A DNA stretch of 62,895 nucleotides, filler included, from Octopus bimaculoides (Eukaryota), in NCBI RefSeq assembly GCF_001194135.2. It is 5 parts of 5 records of this genome, joined end to end, with 100 filler letters (N's around TTAATTAATTAA, not from the genome) between each part and the next. Parts side by side here need not be neighbours in the genome. Positions count along the whole stretch, not along the records: positions 1 to 9,300 come from NC_068991.1; positions 9,401 to 23,820 come from NC_068986.1; 3 more parts are not named here. One strand, 5' to 3'. Under the pieces are notes generated by a model. That model saw nothing but the letters and a program-made list of their open reading frames with translations. It was not told the origin of the DNA and made no database searches. Position 1 is the first letter of the stretch, and each line of letters begins with the position of its first letter. The translations under genes were made by a program, and so were the position numbers. Positions 1 through 14,455 of the stretch are shown piece by piece.

Positions 1-31
<31 letters not shown>

Positions 32-647
32 CATATATATATATAAATTCAGGCGATATGCGATGAATATATTTGATATGAAAATATTCATCTCAAATCT
101 CCTGACTTTCTTTATATTTTATATACTCCCCACGAAATAAACTTCACTGGTTGGATTTACTGGATTTCAACTGCATTGGACTGTACGTTACACTCTTTTG
201 TTTTGCTGTACTATGCGGTCTGTAGCCTGCTCCATTAAAGGAGCATATTTGTGAGTACCACTGGATTAGTTAAAACCATATACTATATGTATATATTTTA
301 CTTATTTCAGTCATTAGACGTGTCCATGTATATATGTTAGAAAATACAAATGGAATTTAAAAATGTACAACTGTTTCGGTGGATTTTAAATATCATGTTT
401 TATACCTACACTACACCTAGAACCAACTCCAGATTCAGATCTGTGGTTTAAAATGGATTTGGCACATACAAATCTGTAGTATCCTACCGAAATGTGATAC
501 CTTCATTCATTTTTACCTCATTGTGAACTCATTGCTATTGTAAAATAGCCATTTCTGGCGTCCTACGTGTTGATGTATCTAGGTCCCATTGAGTCTTTAT
601 AACTAACTTATAGGTATGTGAATGTGTGTGTATGATTACATATATGC

Positions 648-680
<33 letters not shown>

Positions 681-1489
681 TGTATGTGTGGGCATATTAA
701 GGAAATGCATGTGTGTATGTATGTATGTATGTATTTAAGGAAATAACACTACTAAACATGCCATCTCTGTTTTTTTTTATTTTTCGAAAGACAGAAAAGA
801 GAATAAGATCTGGCAGTTAATTTTCACAGAGCAACCATGTTACAAGCTTTCTCTTAGTTTTGTTGCACGTATTTATGTGGGCAATTCAGTACACTCCGAT
901 GGATTTTTGTGAATAATTAAGATTTATTTGAAGCAACACCGTTTTTGTCGATCGTTCATATCTTGTATATTGATATTTATGCACAAACTCATTGATCAAA
1001 AATCATTTATCAATTTTATTAGTATATTGTTCACAAAAATATGTGCTTTTTAATAGATTCATGAGACGTTTAATGGTTAAATAAAGTATATATCTCTGGT
1101 AGTCAAATTAGCTTCATTGCAACTAGTATTACTGTATCTATTCGATATACATGTTTGATGATATTAGCGATTAAATTAAGTCAAGTTATGCTGTCATCCC
1201 AATATAACCATACTCAACATTCTAAATTGTCTTTAAAATGTTAGTTATGTATATACTCTAGTTATTTGCATTAATTGGGTAATTGAAAATCGTCAGAGCG
1301 TCAGAGTAAATGCCTTGAAGTATTAGGTCCGGATTTTGCAATCTGAGTTTAAATCACAGCTTCAGCAAAAGGGATTGAAGTATCGTTGCGAAAACACCTA
1401 AATCTCCTTCACAAGTGAAGACTGACTTTGAAGTGCTGATATCTAAAAGAACTTAGATATTCCAATGCAAAGTTGCTTGAAATTAGAGT

Positions 1490-1695
1490 TTGCAGAATCG
1501 TTAGAGCGCCAAGCAAAATACTTCGCAGCATTTCGTCCGTCTTTACGTTTTGAGTTAAAATTATAATGCTGTCGGCTGTGCCTTTCCTCTTTTCGGGGTT
1601 GATAGAAGTACCAGGGACCACTTGAGTCGACGTAATCGACCTACCCACTTTCTCGAACTTACTGGGCCTTGTGCCAAAATTTGAAACCAATATTC
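1490..1695 (+). mobile_element. Degraded SINE family B copy
   Basis: Matches the intact copy at 9410-9638 (gcagaatcgttagagcgcc...cttttcggggttgatagaagtacc...cttgtgccaaaatttgaaacc). Confidence 0.7.
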
Positions 1696-1743
1696 GAATT
1701 TTCAGAATCATGACTGAGTTAATCAAAATGCCTTCAGGTATTT

Positions 1744-1917
1744 AGGCGTGAAGGCTAGTGGCTTAGTGGTTAGGGCATTCGGCTCACGATCGTGAATTCA
1801 ATTCCCGGCGGCGCGTTGTGTCCTTGCGCAAGACACTTTATCTCGTGTTGCTCCATTCCACTCAGCTGGCAAAAATGAGTAGTACCTGTATTTCAAAGGG
1901 TCAGCCTTGTCACACTA
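1744..1917 (+). mobile_element. tRNA-derived SINE related to family C
   Basis: A/B-box-like head (gtggcttagtggttaggg...gaattcaattcccgg) followed by ttcaaagggtcagccttgtcacact, shared with the copies at 54421 and 57422. Confidence 0.7.
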
Positions 1918-1919
1918 GG

Positions 1920-3000
1920 CGGGTATGTTATTTTCATTTTTTCAAGCTTCTCTTTGGAGAACCTCGTGAAAAGTTGTGGTTAAGGTCACAAAACAATGAT
2001 ATAATTTTATGTGCGATTTCGATTTTAGCAACATCCTGCTACATACCCCTTGAAGACTGAAACCCCGCCAAGATAGGGGTAAAAAGAAATTTAATCAATT
2101 TAAAACGCTATAATGTACGTAAATATATAGTATATTAGCTTAGCATGAGGTTTTTAATACGCTGAATCAAAAAAGGTATTAATTTTTCAATTTGATTTTC
2201 CAATATGGTGGAGACCTAAGATGGCGGCCAAGATACACAATTGTTTAATGAAATCAGTAGCTGTTACCAAGAATGTCATGTGATAAGTCTTATATATGTT
2301 TTTGAGGTCATAGAATATGAATTTAATTTGGAATAAATAGCTTAATAACAAATAATTTAATAATTTAATTTTACAAAAGAAAAAAAAGACATTTCCCGGG
2401 TTTTGTAATTCATATTATACAGTAATACTCTCAAAACCAATATGGCTTCAGAACCTTAGACCAACTCATCCAACGCATTATTGAAATCAATAAGGCTTAC
2501 ATCTGTCTTGTAACTCACATTATGCAAATATATTTTCAAATTTATTGCGTATATTTCCATTTTTTGACAATTTTAAGACGGTAAATGTCGCTGGCTTTTG
2601 GCATTGAAAGGGCAATGACTCTGGCATGTCTGATTTATAAATGTAGCCTATCGATCTTTTCTTTATCTTGCATATCTGCCATCTGATAAGCATCTACCTC
2701 AGAGCGGCTAGTAAACGGTCCACCATGATTTTTTTTAAATATCCGAGTCTGTTGTTAGTCATCTATCTACCGCAATGTTGGCGATTTCCTTCTTCTCTAG
2801 TCTCTCCACCATTAACTGCTGCTGGCGATTATCCCATTCTTTAATGATGTCAGGCACTCACCAACCCACCCCAAGTTTGGTGAGTTTGGTATATTGCCTA
2901 AATGCCCCAGACTCTCGACGTTCAATCAGATCAGCCGACTTATATTTAACTTGGAAAGAAGATGCGAATTTGTCTTGCTTGGCACATTGACGACTCGACT
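1920..3000 (-). mobile_element. Highly degraded CR1/L2-like LINE RT remnant
   Basis: Minus-strand translation gives DVSLIDFNNALDELV (resembles LDFSKAFD) and other broken RT-like segments; many stops. Confidence 0.4.
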
Positions 3001-4976
3001 CTTAGCTAATACATTCCACACTGCATTCTGAGTAGATATTTTGAATGGGAGCTCTCTTTCATGAAACATCAGGTTTTGTACCACGGGTTCGTTGATAGTT
3101 CCTACGCCTTCCACATAATTAATTAATTTTGAAGCTCCCCTTGCACTCAGTCTTTTTCTTTTCTACAGGTAGTGTAACATCGATCTAATAGTAATGTTTC
3201 ACCACTAATTTTCAAAATTTTGAAAATAATGATTATATTTTATATCAGAAAATAAACAATAAACAATTCAACAATGATTGGAATCAAATTAATGATATCC
3301 GAAAAGTATTCTGACTCAACCTGGTACACTTGAAATAATATTAATCATCTCCACGTTCAGGCACCAAAGTCAAATGAGAACTGACTATTTAATTCCTTTT
3401 CTGTGACTGCAAAGCAGTTGAAATCTTGAATCATTTACTAGTATGTTCCGTATAAGAATCGCTTTGTTGTGCATGTCATTCGAAGAAAACTTTCTCTCCT
3501 GGATGTGATGAATGCGCAAGAATACATAAACAGTGAGGTTTTATCATGAACATGAATAATAACATGTTCATCTCGGTTCTAAGTACACATCTGGCGAACG
3601 CTCTCTGTTGAGCATTTAAAACAATGCACGTTATGCACAGTTAGTTTTGAACTCCATAATTTGTTGTATCTTACTAAAATCTGTGTTCAATATCTTAGTT
3701 TTAGTTCCTAATTTACAATTTGATTTACTTATTCAGTAAAATCAGCTTTAAAAAAAGCAAGCATAAATTTTCGGTAGCCACTGTTTTTGAATCAACATCA
3801 CAAATGCTTGCTTTTATTTTACTTTATTTCTGTTACCCATAAAATATCTATCAGTAATATTCTGGTTTCGAGTCAGTCGGCAATAATTACTATCTTTCAA
3901 AATGTGATATTTTGTCAATCAAATTCAATGGCTACGTAACTTGCAAAGGGTCGCGGAAAGAATTGTTTTTCTTTTATTTTGGGAATATTTGAGAAAAATT
4001 TAAGACTTTCATGTATATTTTATATTAACAGATGTACACGATTTTACCAGAATTACAAAAATTATCAGGAAGTTACTCCTCTATTGACCTTGTACTGGAG
4101 ATGAACTGCCGTACAAGACTTTTGCTATTAACGTACAAAGCTGTAGCATACAACTTGAAACATGCAACATGACTTTTATAAAATAAATTTAATAATTATT
4201 TTGGGAAGAAAGAGATAGTTGATTATATCGAACTAGTATTTGACTGAAAACTTTATTTTACTGACTACGGAGAGATAAAAAAAAAACAAAGATACGCCTC
4301 AGTAGTATTTTGAACGTAGTGCCACAAGGAATGCTGCAAAGCATATTTTCAGCGATCTGAAATTACAGAAATAAGGGCTACAAAAGCATCTGAGGTGTAG
4401 AAATGTTAGGGACTATTTCACCTTTTACATCGCCCATCGCTCTGCTGGCTTCCCACTACTCCAAGTACCGGCCCACCGCTATAAAAGTAATATGTTGAGT
4501 TTGCTCTATTGTTCTTTTACCTATAATAGTAAAATTAGAGCCACAAAGATCGGTTGCGACAGTAAAACTTTGGGACTGCCGTTTTCGGACCTGCACATTT
4601 ACACGCAAAACAAAATATAATTAGATTGTTTCTTCACTTCAGAATCATGCAAGCAATAAGCTATCTCACAATCGATAAACAAAAGGGAATAACATGTTTA
4701 GGGACTCTTCATTTGACAGCATTACTGACCCTTAAAACAAACATGGCTTTCTGCCTAAGAAAGAACTTGTTATTCGTTTACTTTACGGGAAGCAGTGTAA
4801 TTGCTGTTCAAGCCTCACAACTCTTATTGTTCGCTAACACTTAGCAAATAGATTTACTGGATAGAATCCAAGTATTTTTCACTGAAAGAATAAGATCAGT
4901 TAAAGTTCTGAATTACTTGGAATGGTTCCAGATTTGTAAGTTATGCTTTCTACATAGACATATGAAGAGAGAGAGG

Positions 4977-5007
<31 letters not shown>

Positions 5008-5513
5008 GAAAAGACGGAAAGAGGGAGAGAGAAATGAAATTCAAATATTACAGCACTGATTAGGAGTTCGCTTCGCAATCCCATGCTTCCGCAGTTGANN
5101 NNNNNNNNNNNNNNNNNNNNNNNNNNNNNNNNNNNNNNNNNNNNNNNNNNNNNNNNNNNNNNNNNNNNNNNNNNNNNNNNNNNNNNNNNNNNNNNNNNNN
5201 NNNNNNNNNNNNNNNNNNNNNNNNNNNNNNNNNNNNNNNNNNNNNNNNNNNNNNNNNNNNNNNNNNNNNNNNNNNNNNNNNNNNNNNNNNNNNNNNNNNN
5301 NNNNNNNNNNNNNNNNNNNNNNNNNNNNNNNNNNNNNNNNNNNNNNNNNNNNNNNNNNNNNNNNNNNNNNNNNNNNNNNNNNNNNNNNNNNNNNNNNNNN
5401 NNNNNNNNNNNNNNNNNNNNNNNNNNNNNNNNNNNNNNNNNNNNNNNNNNNNNNNNNNNNNNNNNNNNNNNNNNNNNNNNNNNNNNNNNNNNNNNNNNNN
5501 NNNNNNNNNNNNN

Positions 5514-5548
<35 letters not shown>

Positions 5549-7315
5549 TTGAGGGAGAAAGTCAAAACAACACTTATCTCCTCCATACTGAATTAATGTC
5601 TAAGCATCACGAAGCTACCGAAAAAACTCCATAAATACATGCGATTGAAAGCGGGTAGATATTTCAAAAGATATTTCAAAAGACCCCACATTGATTGCGA
5701 ATTAGCTAATTTCAAGATTAAAATCTTAAATAGATTTTCATCTATCTCTATCGCGATATATGTAAAAAAAATATATAGGAACAAGTGTTAATACATAGCC
5801 ATAACAAAGCGAGTTTGCACGTCTATACACAAACACTTGCAAGGATAGATTCGAAAAAGTCAGACTAAAATCTTCACACGACTACCACATGTATTTATAT
5901 CAAACGTAGGATCGCAGAAAATGCGGGTTCTAGATGAGGAATGAAAATATTATGCTAATGTTTTATTTATTTATATTCATAAAATAAGGATAAAAATCAC
6001 GTTAATGATAATTATCAGGTAGTCAGCATGGAAAAAAAACAATTTATAGCAATTTATTCATTAAATAATATAATTACATATATATAATTATTAATTTAAG
6101 ATATATATATATCTTTATATCTTTCGTTTATTTTTTCATTTTTTTCACCTCTTACTTATTTCATTTATTAGACAGTAGCCATGCTGGGGCACCGCCCTGA
6201 ATTAATTTTTGTTGAACGTATCGACTCCAGAATATTTTTTTTTCCTTTTTAATTTGTGCAGTAATTAGAATGCGGCTGTGCTGAGACACAACCTTGAATA
6301 ATTTTTAGTCAAATTATCCACCCGGAATTTTAGTCAAATTATCCACCCGGAATTTTATTTAATGATTTTCAAGCAGCGCACGAAGAGAAGCCTAGAAAGT
6401 ATCAACCAGTGCATGAAGTTAAGCCTAGAATGTATCTCCACATGCTAGAAATAACAATCAAATATCTTGAAATTCTTCTACAACGCCTTCGGTTTTATTT
6501 TTTGGTTATTCTTCGTAATTTTTTTTTTTTTTTTTCCTGAAAATCTTTTCATTTGTTTCAGTCATTGGACTGCGGTAATCCTGGGACACCGCTTTGAAGA
6601 ATTTGTTGTCGCAGAAAAATCATTTGAAAATTTATATTTAAAGTCTTTTGTTTTGGTCTCTTAGCACTTGCAGATTAATGAGAATGAGCTGACATTTTGA
6701 ACTAGCTCCGGCTGTTGAAGGTCTTACAGAATTATAGTGCCGAAGGCTAATCATTCAAACATATTTGTTATCGTTTTTATGTTTCTACACATTTCTAGAT
6801 GTAAATGCTTTCCCTTTTGTTAGAATTCAGACAATATTTACATTGAATAATAAACAATCTTGTGTTCTGTTATTCTGTTCTACTTGTCTATTTTCGATTT
6901 AATATATTTTTTTTCTTAAAAATTGCAATATTTCAAAATAAATATTTTTTTACAACCGCGATTATCGTTTTTGCTTACGTTAAATTATAATTTTTTTTTA
7001 AGGTTTCGCTGTTATTTCTAGCATGTTGAAAGACTTTCATGGCTTAATTTTATGTACTGGGTGAAAATTACCTAAAATAGATTCTCGGGTCGGTACATTC
7101 GACAAAAATTCTTCAAGATGGTACCCTAGCATGGCCGCAGTCCTGTGACTCAAACTAGTTGAAAGGTTTATAGAAAATGAAAAAAAAATGAAGAGTAATC
7201 AAAAACTATAACTGGGTTTTGTCCAAGGGTCTTTTGTCCTAGGGGGATTTTGTCCGGATCCCAATAATACATATGTATGTACGTACGTATGTATGTATGT
7301 ATGTATGTTTGTGTG

Positions 7316-7347
<32 letters not shown>

Positions 7348-7384
7348 TGTATGTATGAATACATGCATGCATGCATGTATTTAT

Positions 7385-7498
7385 GTATGTAAGTATTTCA
7401 TTATTCGGTTTATTTCAAGATTTCTTCCCAATAGAGAAAGAACCGGTTTCTAACCGTGATCCAAGGTTCTTTCATTGAAAGGTATCTTTATATGCATG
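7385..7498 (-). mobile_element. 3' UTR of RLE (R4/Dong-like) non-LTR element
   Basis: Same sequence as 8945-9050 and similar to the 3' UTR at 50170-50285; abuts (TATG)n. Confidence 0.7.
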
Positions 7499-7744
7499 NN
7501 NNNNNNNNNNNNNNNNNNNNNNNNNNNNNNNNNNNNNNNNNNNNNNNNNNNNNNNNNNNNNNNNNNNNNNNNNNNNNNNNNNNNNNNNNNNNNNNNNNNN
7601 NNNNNNNNNNNNNNNNNNNNNNNNNNNNNNNNNNNNNNNNNNNNNNNNNNNNNNNNNNNNNNNNNNNNNNNNNNNNNNNNNNNNNNNNNNNNNNNNNNNN
7701 NNNNNNNNNNNNNNNNNNNNNNNNNNNNNNNNNNNNNNNNNNNN

Positions 7745-8100
7745 TATTTTATTCACTTAGTTTTACATGTTTACACTTTTATCGCCTTCAAATTATTCTC
7801 CATTTGAAGCAATGCATCTGTTCCGACGCGTTTGCTACCGTTCGAACCAGTCTTAGAACTCTTTCGAAATGATGACTTTTATCGCCACCCTCGTTTTTTT
7901 TTTTTCTTCACCACTTTCACATTTGCAAATTCCATAAAACCAGCTTACAACACCAGTGATGAACTTCAAAAAAGGGCCCGGATTAACTTTCAGCTGTTCT
8001 TTTAGTTCATGACACGCATTTTGATTTTCCGTGAGCAAGTGAGGCACAAATTTTGCTGCAACACTTTTCATTCGCAATTTCTCACTCAGAATTCGTTGGC
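7745..8100 (-). mobile_element. Mariner transposase remnant, internally deleted
   Basis: KSVAAKFVPHLLTENQ...FLKFITGVVSWFYG resembles mariner xVPxxLT and ITGDESW; a C-terminal RCIASNGExFEG-like segment follows. Confidence 0.75.
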
Positions 8101-8800
8101 AGCAGAATGATTACAAGCAAGCGACATCCGAAATCCCTAAAAATTTTACTCACCAGTACCAAATTACCCACCAAAATTACAACCCCTCTAGTAAAAAAAC
8201 TACAACCACCCTAACTCCGAGACTTGCATCTATCTATTGGAGGGCTCAACATACAAATTTAAGTCAGGTCAAACTTTCACCATAAAATATCATTTCACCT
8301 TTGTATCGAAGAGCTTAATATATATCCTCAAATGTTCTGGATGCGATGGAGACAACATAGGTCAATCTAATTTGACCTTGTTGGACAGACTAACGGTACA
8401 CAGGCAACAAATCCGGGACCCCACGACCAGGAAAATTTCCGTAAGTAATCACCTTGACCAATACCCCGCAGACATAAACTCGAAATACCAAATTTTCCCT
8501 CTCTCTCAATGCACCCGTAGCACTTCAACCTAATTCCGATTGAATCAGGAAAGTATACACATTGAAAAATATAAGCCAAAGCTAAATATCCTTTAGAAAG
8601 AAGAAAAATCACTAAAAAGAAGAAAAAACTCAATTTCTCCACACAAACAAATAACCAGATACAACAAGCATAATTCAAAATAATTTAGTAACAGTCTTCC
8701 TCTTGGTTTTCGAAACATCAACTCCTCATCACTATATAATAACATCATACACCTTCTCAAACACCAATCGCTGACGTCAGCTATCTCTAGACCAATGAAA
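8100..8800 (+). mobile_element. Penelope-like element 3' part (GIY-YIG endonuclease remnant)
   Basis: ORF 8237-8533: LIYILKCSGC...NIGQS...LLDRLTVHRQQIR, then ESIHIEKYKPKLN, typical of the PLE GIY-YIG domain. Confidence 0.8.
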
Positions 8801-8944
8801 TTTTACNNNNNNNNNNTCCCAATAATACATATGTATGTACGTACGTATGTATGTATGTATGTATGTATGTTTGTGCGTATATGTATATGTGTATGTATGT
8901 ATGTATGTATGTATGAATACATGCATGCATGTATGTATGTATGT

Positions 8945-9300
8945 AAGTATTTCATTATTCGGTTTATTTCAAGATTTCTTCCCAATAGAGAAAGAACCGG
9001 TTTCTAACCGTGATCCAAGGTTCTTTCATTGAAAGGTATCTTTATATGCATGTATGTATGTATGTATGTATGTATGCATGCATGCATGTATGTATGTATG
9101 TATGCATGTATGTATGTATGTATGCATGTATGTATTCTCACGCATACAGTTACATATCTAGACATGCTCATATATATATCTAAATGATAAACTTCTGGAA
9201 AGTTTGAAAGATTTTCACATATCCAGTAGTAGACTGGATCTGTAGCCTTCGAATTAGTTTTCTCCTTTGTGGTTTTGAGAAGCCTAATTTCTCAAGATTG
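8945..9300 (-). mobile_element. RLE (R4/Dong-like) element 3' end, cut by gap
   Basis: Encodes a LEKLGFS...IRRLQIQ...KFII-like C-terminus plus 3' UTR, homologous to 49652-50285. Confidence 0.8.
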
Positions 9301-9400
9301 NNNNNNNNNNNNNNNNNNNNNNNNNNNNNNNNNNNNNNNNNNNNTTAATTAATTAANNNNNNNNNNNNNNNNNNNNNNNNNNNNNNNNNNNNNNNNNNNN
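9301..9400. other. 100-bp scaffold gap with TTAATTAATTAA spacer (assembly artefact)
   Basis: N44-ttaattaattaa-N44; same layout as at 23821, 44978 and 53392. Confidence 0.95.
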
Positions 9401-9409
9401 CACACACAA

Positions 9410-9638
9410 GGCGAGCTGGCAGAAACGTTAGCACGCCGGGCGAAATGCCTAGCGGTATTTCGTCTGCCGCTACGTTCTGAGTTCAAATTCCGTCGAGGTC
9501 GACTTTGCTTTTCATCCTTTCGGGGTCGATTAAATAAGTACCAGTTACGCACTGGGGTCGATATAATCGACTTAATCCGTTCGTCTGTCCTTGTTTGTCC
9601 CCTCTGTGTGTAGCCCCTTGTGGTTAGTAAAGAAATAA
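9410..9638 (+). mobile_element. Near-intact tRNA-derived SINE family B
   Basis: ggcgagctggcagaaacgttagcacgccggg...gagttcaaattcc (B-box-like)...gaggtcgactttgcttttcatcctttcggggtcgattaaataagtacc. From memory the central domain resembles the Sauria/Meta-type SINE core. Several copies in this window. Confidence 0.85.
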
Positions 9639-10577
9639 CACACACGCACACACACACACAATGAGGTCGAGTGGGCTAGTGGTTAGGTAGCAGCACCAGC
9701 GACTGCGAGATTGTGGGTTCGATTTCTGGATCGAGTAGTGCGCTGTGTGTTGATCGAAACATTTCAACTCACGCACTTCTGCGATCAGTTCGACACCTGA
9801 CTTGTGGTACGCCGTGCAGCTGTACGGGCAATGACTATTTGATGGAAGGAACAAGCTTATATGCACTGAAAGCATTTGATCACTATAAACAAGTTAACTG
9901 TGCAGATTGTACACTGTGCACTTGTACAGGCAATGGAGATTTGATAGAAGGAGTGAGCTTATATGTATCGAAACCATTTGATCACCATAAACAAATCAAC
10001 TGCGTAGATAGTTTAGCAAGAAATTGCAGAACCCTCTTTCTGGGACTGAGAGACAACCTTAAAAATAAGTAAATTAAAGATGCATTAAAGCTTTGCAATC
10101 AAGAATCGAACGCCAACCGTTTTCTCAGTGCTTACATATAAACTTACACAATCAGGTTTTCTGCAACTTCTACTTAAAAGATTTTACTTTATCGAAGATT
10201 GCGTCTTTGGATTTACAAAGATTCTAGATTCTTTTTAAATAACCTGTTTCTTCTCGTCTGTACACTCTATTTAGTGGTCTTAGATGATGTATGTGGCAAA
10301 AAAGAAGCACGTAAAAGCAGAATATGAAGTTCTTCCGAGTGAGACGTGTCAAACATTTGAACCAAGCATCATTTAAGCATGAGCTTCGTAATTTCAAGAG
10401 ACGGATAAAAGAACAAAAAAACAAAAAAAAAAAACTGAACAAAATTGAGGGATGGGGAAAATATATAGCAAAAGACACAAGGGAAGGAGGAATAGGAAAA
10501 AATATTCGCATTCTTTTATTCTGTTTAGGTTTTATATTAAGAAAGGAAAAATGTTTTCAGTATCGGCTGACTTACAT

Positions 10578-10673
<96 letters not shown>

Positions 10674-10844
10674 CATGTACACAAATACCTTACATTCCCC
10701 CATACAAACACACACATACACATACACACACATAAGTGAGTATATCTATGTATGCCTGTACATTTGTATATGTGTATATATGCATATATGGATATATAAA
10801 TGTAACACATGTGAATGATTATAAATAGCTGAATATATATATGT

Positions 10845-10894
<50 letters not shown>

Positions 10895-11094
10895 CGTATG
10901 CACGTGTGTATGTATGAACGTACATATGCATAATTTTACTGAGTTTCTTTGAGAAAGTTCGAGCCGGTTGCTAACAAAGTAATAACACTTCTTGAGTTAA
11001 GAGAGTCCCCGGTGTTTATAAATATGTGGTCGATTTTGTGTGCTGGTTGAACTGTCGATACATGCAGCCTAGTGTGTGCGTCTATTCACATAAA

Positions 11095-11660
11095 TATCTT
11101 ACATAGAAAATTTTTGAAATGTCTAACAAATCTTCACTAATAGATTGGATTTGGAGAATCCACCTGCTTCTTTTGACCTTTTTCAATGAGCATTTCTAGG
11201 TTTTTGTGCAAATTTGTTAGTACATAACCTAATGCAGCTATGATCATAGGTACATATGAGAATTCATACTCAGGGCTACAAGAGCTGTCCATTCCGTATT
11301 AATTCGCCATAAATGTTCTCTTTTCCCTGCTCTATTGATTGTACATTCACATCCACTGGGGTAGCTGACCGCCACAACGGTGCATGAATTTTGTTCCCTG
11401 TCCCACAGAACAATATCAAGTCTGCTCTGTTTGCACTGAACTGATGTTTTTTATTGGGGTGTTCCACCAGAATTCCTTGTTTTTAAAGGAGTCAATACCT
11501 GCTGGTTCTGGCTTACCTTCGATGCATGTGTCAGAGCAGACTTTCTTGAGGATAGCATTGTAAATATTCTTTGCAACTATATCATGCTTAATGGGCAGGT
11601 ATTATCTCGAAGACACTTTGAGGTACCTGTTGATGATGTGGGCGATATCTTCCACACTGG
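11095..11660 (-). mobile_element. Degraded RLE (R4/Dong-like) element with CCHC knuckle and RLE remnants
   Basis: Minus-strand segments HDIVAKNIYNAI, NRADLIL, PMIIAALGYV and VKICxTFQKF. Confidence 0.7.
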
Positions 11661-12300
11661 TATAGCAGTATGTTATCAATCAGTTTCATTTCTGTATTTC
11701 TTGTCCATAGAGAAAGAGCCGGACTCTAACAGATTCAAGGCTCCTTCATTGGAACTTTTATCAACATCATCTAGGTATTTGTGCATGTGTGTGTTTGTGT
11801 GTGCAGTATTTGGTGTTAGCGTATGCGCAGATTTGTATGTTTGTTTTATGGATGCGTTTTTATGTCTAGATGCATGCATATGTATTTATGTGCTAAATTT
11901 TTGGAAAGGTTTACATATCTTTACAGTTCCATTGATGGCTTGAATCTGTAGTCTTCTAATCAGCCTTTTTCTTTCAGGTTTTGAGAACCTTAATTTTTCC
12001 AGGTTTTTGTTGAGGCAGTTCGTTACATATCCCAATGCCCCAACAATCACGGGTATGAATCTGAACTTGTAGTNNNNNNNNNNNNNNNNNNNNNNNNNNN
12101 NNGGTGGAGTATCTGCAAATTTCTCAGTAGCTCGGCGTAGTTGTTCACTTTTTCTCTAATCTTTAGTGGGATGTTGACATCCGCAGGACAGCTGATTTCT
12201 ACTACTGTACAGAGTTTCTCTTCTCTGTCCCATATTACTATATCCGGTCTATTATGTCTGCACTTTATTGGTGGACATTCCACCAATACTCTTTCATATT
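11660..12300 (-). mobile_element. 5'-truncated RLE (R4/Dong-like) element
   Basis: HNRPDIVIWDREEKLCTVVEISCPADVNIPLKIREKVNNYAELLRNLQ (PD-(D/E)xK-type RLE); 5' end abuts (TATG)n. Confidence 0.9.
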
Positions 12301-12718
12301 GTGAGTATGTATGTATGTATGTATGTATGTATGTATATTTTTACACATATTTCTATTTGCGAAACTGCGTGGTTTTGTGGTTTGGGGGCTGCTAGATCGT
12401 GCATTCGGTTCCAGGACCGGGCGGCGCGTTGTGTTCTTCTTAAGCAAAGTGCTTCATCTGACGTTGCCTTGTGATTATTTCGTCCTCTGCCGCCTGGTGC
12501 ATATGTGCACCTGTACAGGCGATGTTGAACTGATGGAGGGAAAGACAGGTACTGTGCATCACATACGTTTGATCACAATAAACAATTTATTTGTGCTGGT
12601 CATTCATTGTGCTGAACATTAGTACCTGATTCCGACGGAAGATTCCATGTTTTATATACATTGATATATATCTATGTATATATGCATATATAGGTATAGC
12701 TATAGATGTGTATGTAAT

Positions 12719-12795
<77 letters not shown>

Positions 12796-14369
12796 AGAAA
12801 ACAAGACCATGGACATTGACTTCGTACTCTTTCATTTTATCTGTTACACATGCGTGAGTATTCAGCGACACAATAGATGCACCTCATAATGCCTACCTGT
12901 TAAGCAAACACATCTTCGAACAATAAGAAAAGAAATATAAGTGAGAGACAAGCAGCTTACAAATTTAAACATCCGGGAGGGACAAGGCTAGAGAGGAAGT
13001 GAACAGGAGGGTTAGGTTGATATATCGACTTGCATAACAATAAAGTGAACTGGTATTTCTAAGGATAATGGTTTGTAGTTGGGCTGAACGTTGGTGTCAT
13101 ATGTTGCATTTCTTACGGCTCATATCTCTGTGTCTTTACATGGATTGTTAACACCTAAAGTACATAATAGGCAGAATATATATGTTGAAGAGGAGTTAGC
13201 AATTTCTATTTAAATTGAAAATAACACTGAAAACGTGATACCCACCACACTAGTATGCAGCGAGCCAGCGAAGTCGATAATATGCACACAGACACACATA
13301 CACATACACGCTCACGCACACTCACAGAGACACAGAAACAGACACACACAAACACATACACACATACACACACATGTATATATATGTATGTGTGTGTGTA
13401 TATATGCGTGTGTGTGATTGATAGATATATAGATATTGTTTATTCTTCTATATATTTTCTATCGCTCTTCATAGACATACGCTAGCACATATGCATATGA
13501 GTAAATGAATGTGTTAGCGAAAGGATGGGGGCTTCTTTCAAATTCTAGCTGGGTTCAGAGCACTCATGTGCTGTTTTGAAAATATTCACATATTGGAGGT
13601 AAATCGATGGCGACGACGACGACGATGATTATAATTAGCATCATGATCATCGTTATCATCATTATCATCTACAACAACAGCCACAGTAAAAGAGGCAGAA
13701 GCAGTATGAACATGGTCACAAACGTAACTGTGGACGCGTTATGTGTAACGGGCGAGGTGGACCATGTACCGAGCGTATATAACAATAACGGCTTCCTATC
13801 TTTGACAGATGAATACAGCAATGGTTGTAAATCAAGACGGAAATAAAGGTATGACATTCTTATACTTTGCTGCGAATATTTCAAAACTATTACGGAGAGA
13901 ACTCGACACACAGACAGAAATACAATGGACGGATAACTTTACATAGCTAACATATAACTGCAAAAGATTTGTGACGTTATTTTATTGCTACTGTTGTCGT
14001 TCGTGTAATTGTTGTTGTTGCTGCTGTCACTACAGACATTATTGCCATCGTCAGGGTGGTGGAGGTGACATAAAATTTGGAGTGCAATGTTTACTCTCAT
14101 CTCTTTCAGGGTTCAAATCCGAATGAGTTCTGTTATGCTATTAATTCTGTTAGGGTTGAGACCAATGAAATGAGTTTTGTCTTTCATGTGCCAGTCTGCA
14201 GGAGCTAGAAATCTTGGATAATTCTTACCTCCTCTGTTATATGCAATATTTTAAATAATCGGAAAGGTCTCTTTGTAATAATCCAATAAGACTGTCAGAT
14301 ATTATTTTCTGTCTCTGTGTGTGTCTCTCTCTCTGTGTGTCTCTCTCTCTCTCTCTGTCTCTCTCTCTG

Positions 14370-14455
<86 letters not shown>

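Noticed and set aside
4478-4490. TATA-like CTATAAAAG in unique sequence
   Set aside because: Isolated motif in AT-rich DNA with no supportable downstream exon.
5041-5634. ORFs made mostly of X (also near 7.5, 21.1, 37.8, 53.7 and 58.4 kb)
   Set aside because: They only span N gaps.
9345-9356. TTAATTAATTAA recurring inside N runs (also near 23865, 45022 and 53436)
   Set aside because: Identical placement in 100-bp gaps, with stops in all six frames; an assembler spacer, not biology.
10324-10818. Long ORFs with HT/CV/YI/ER/LS dipeptide runs throughout the window
   Set aside because: Translations of (CA)n, (TA)n, (GA)n, (TACA)n and (TAGA)n microsatellites.
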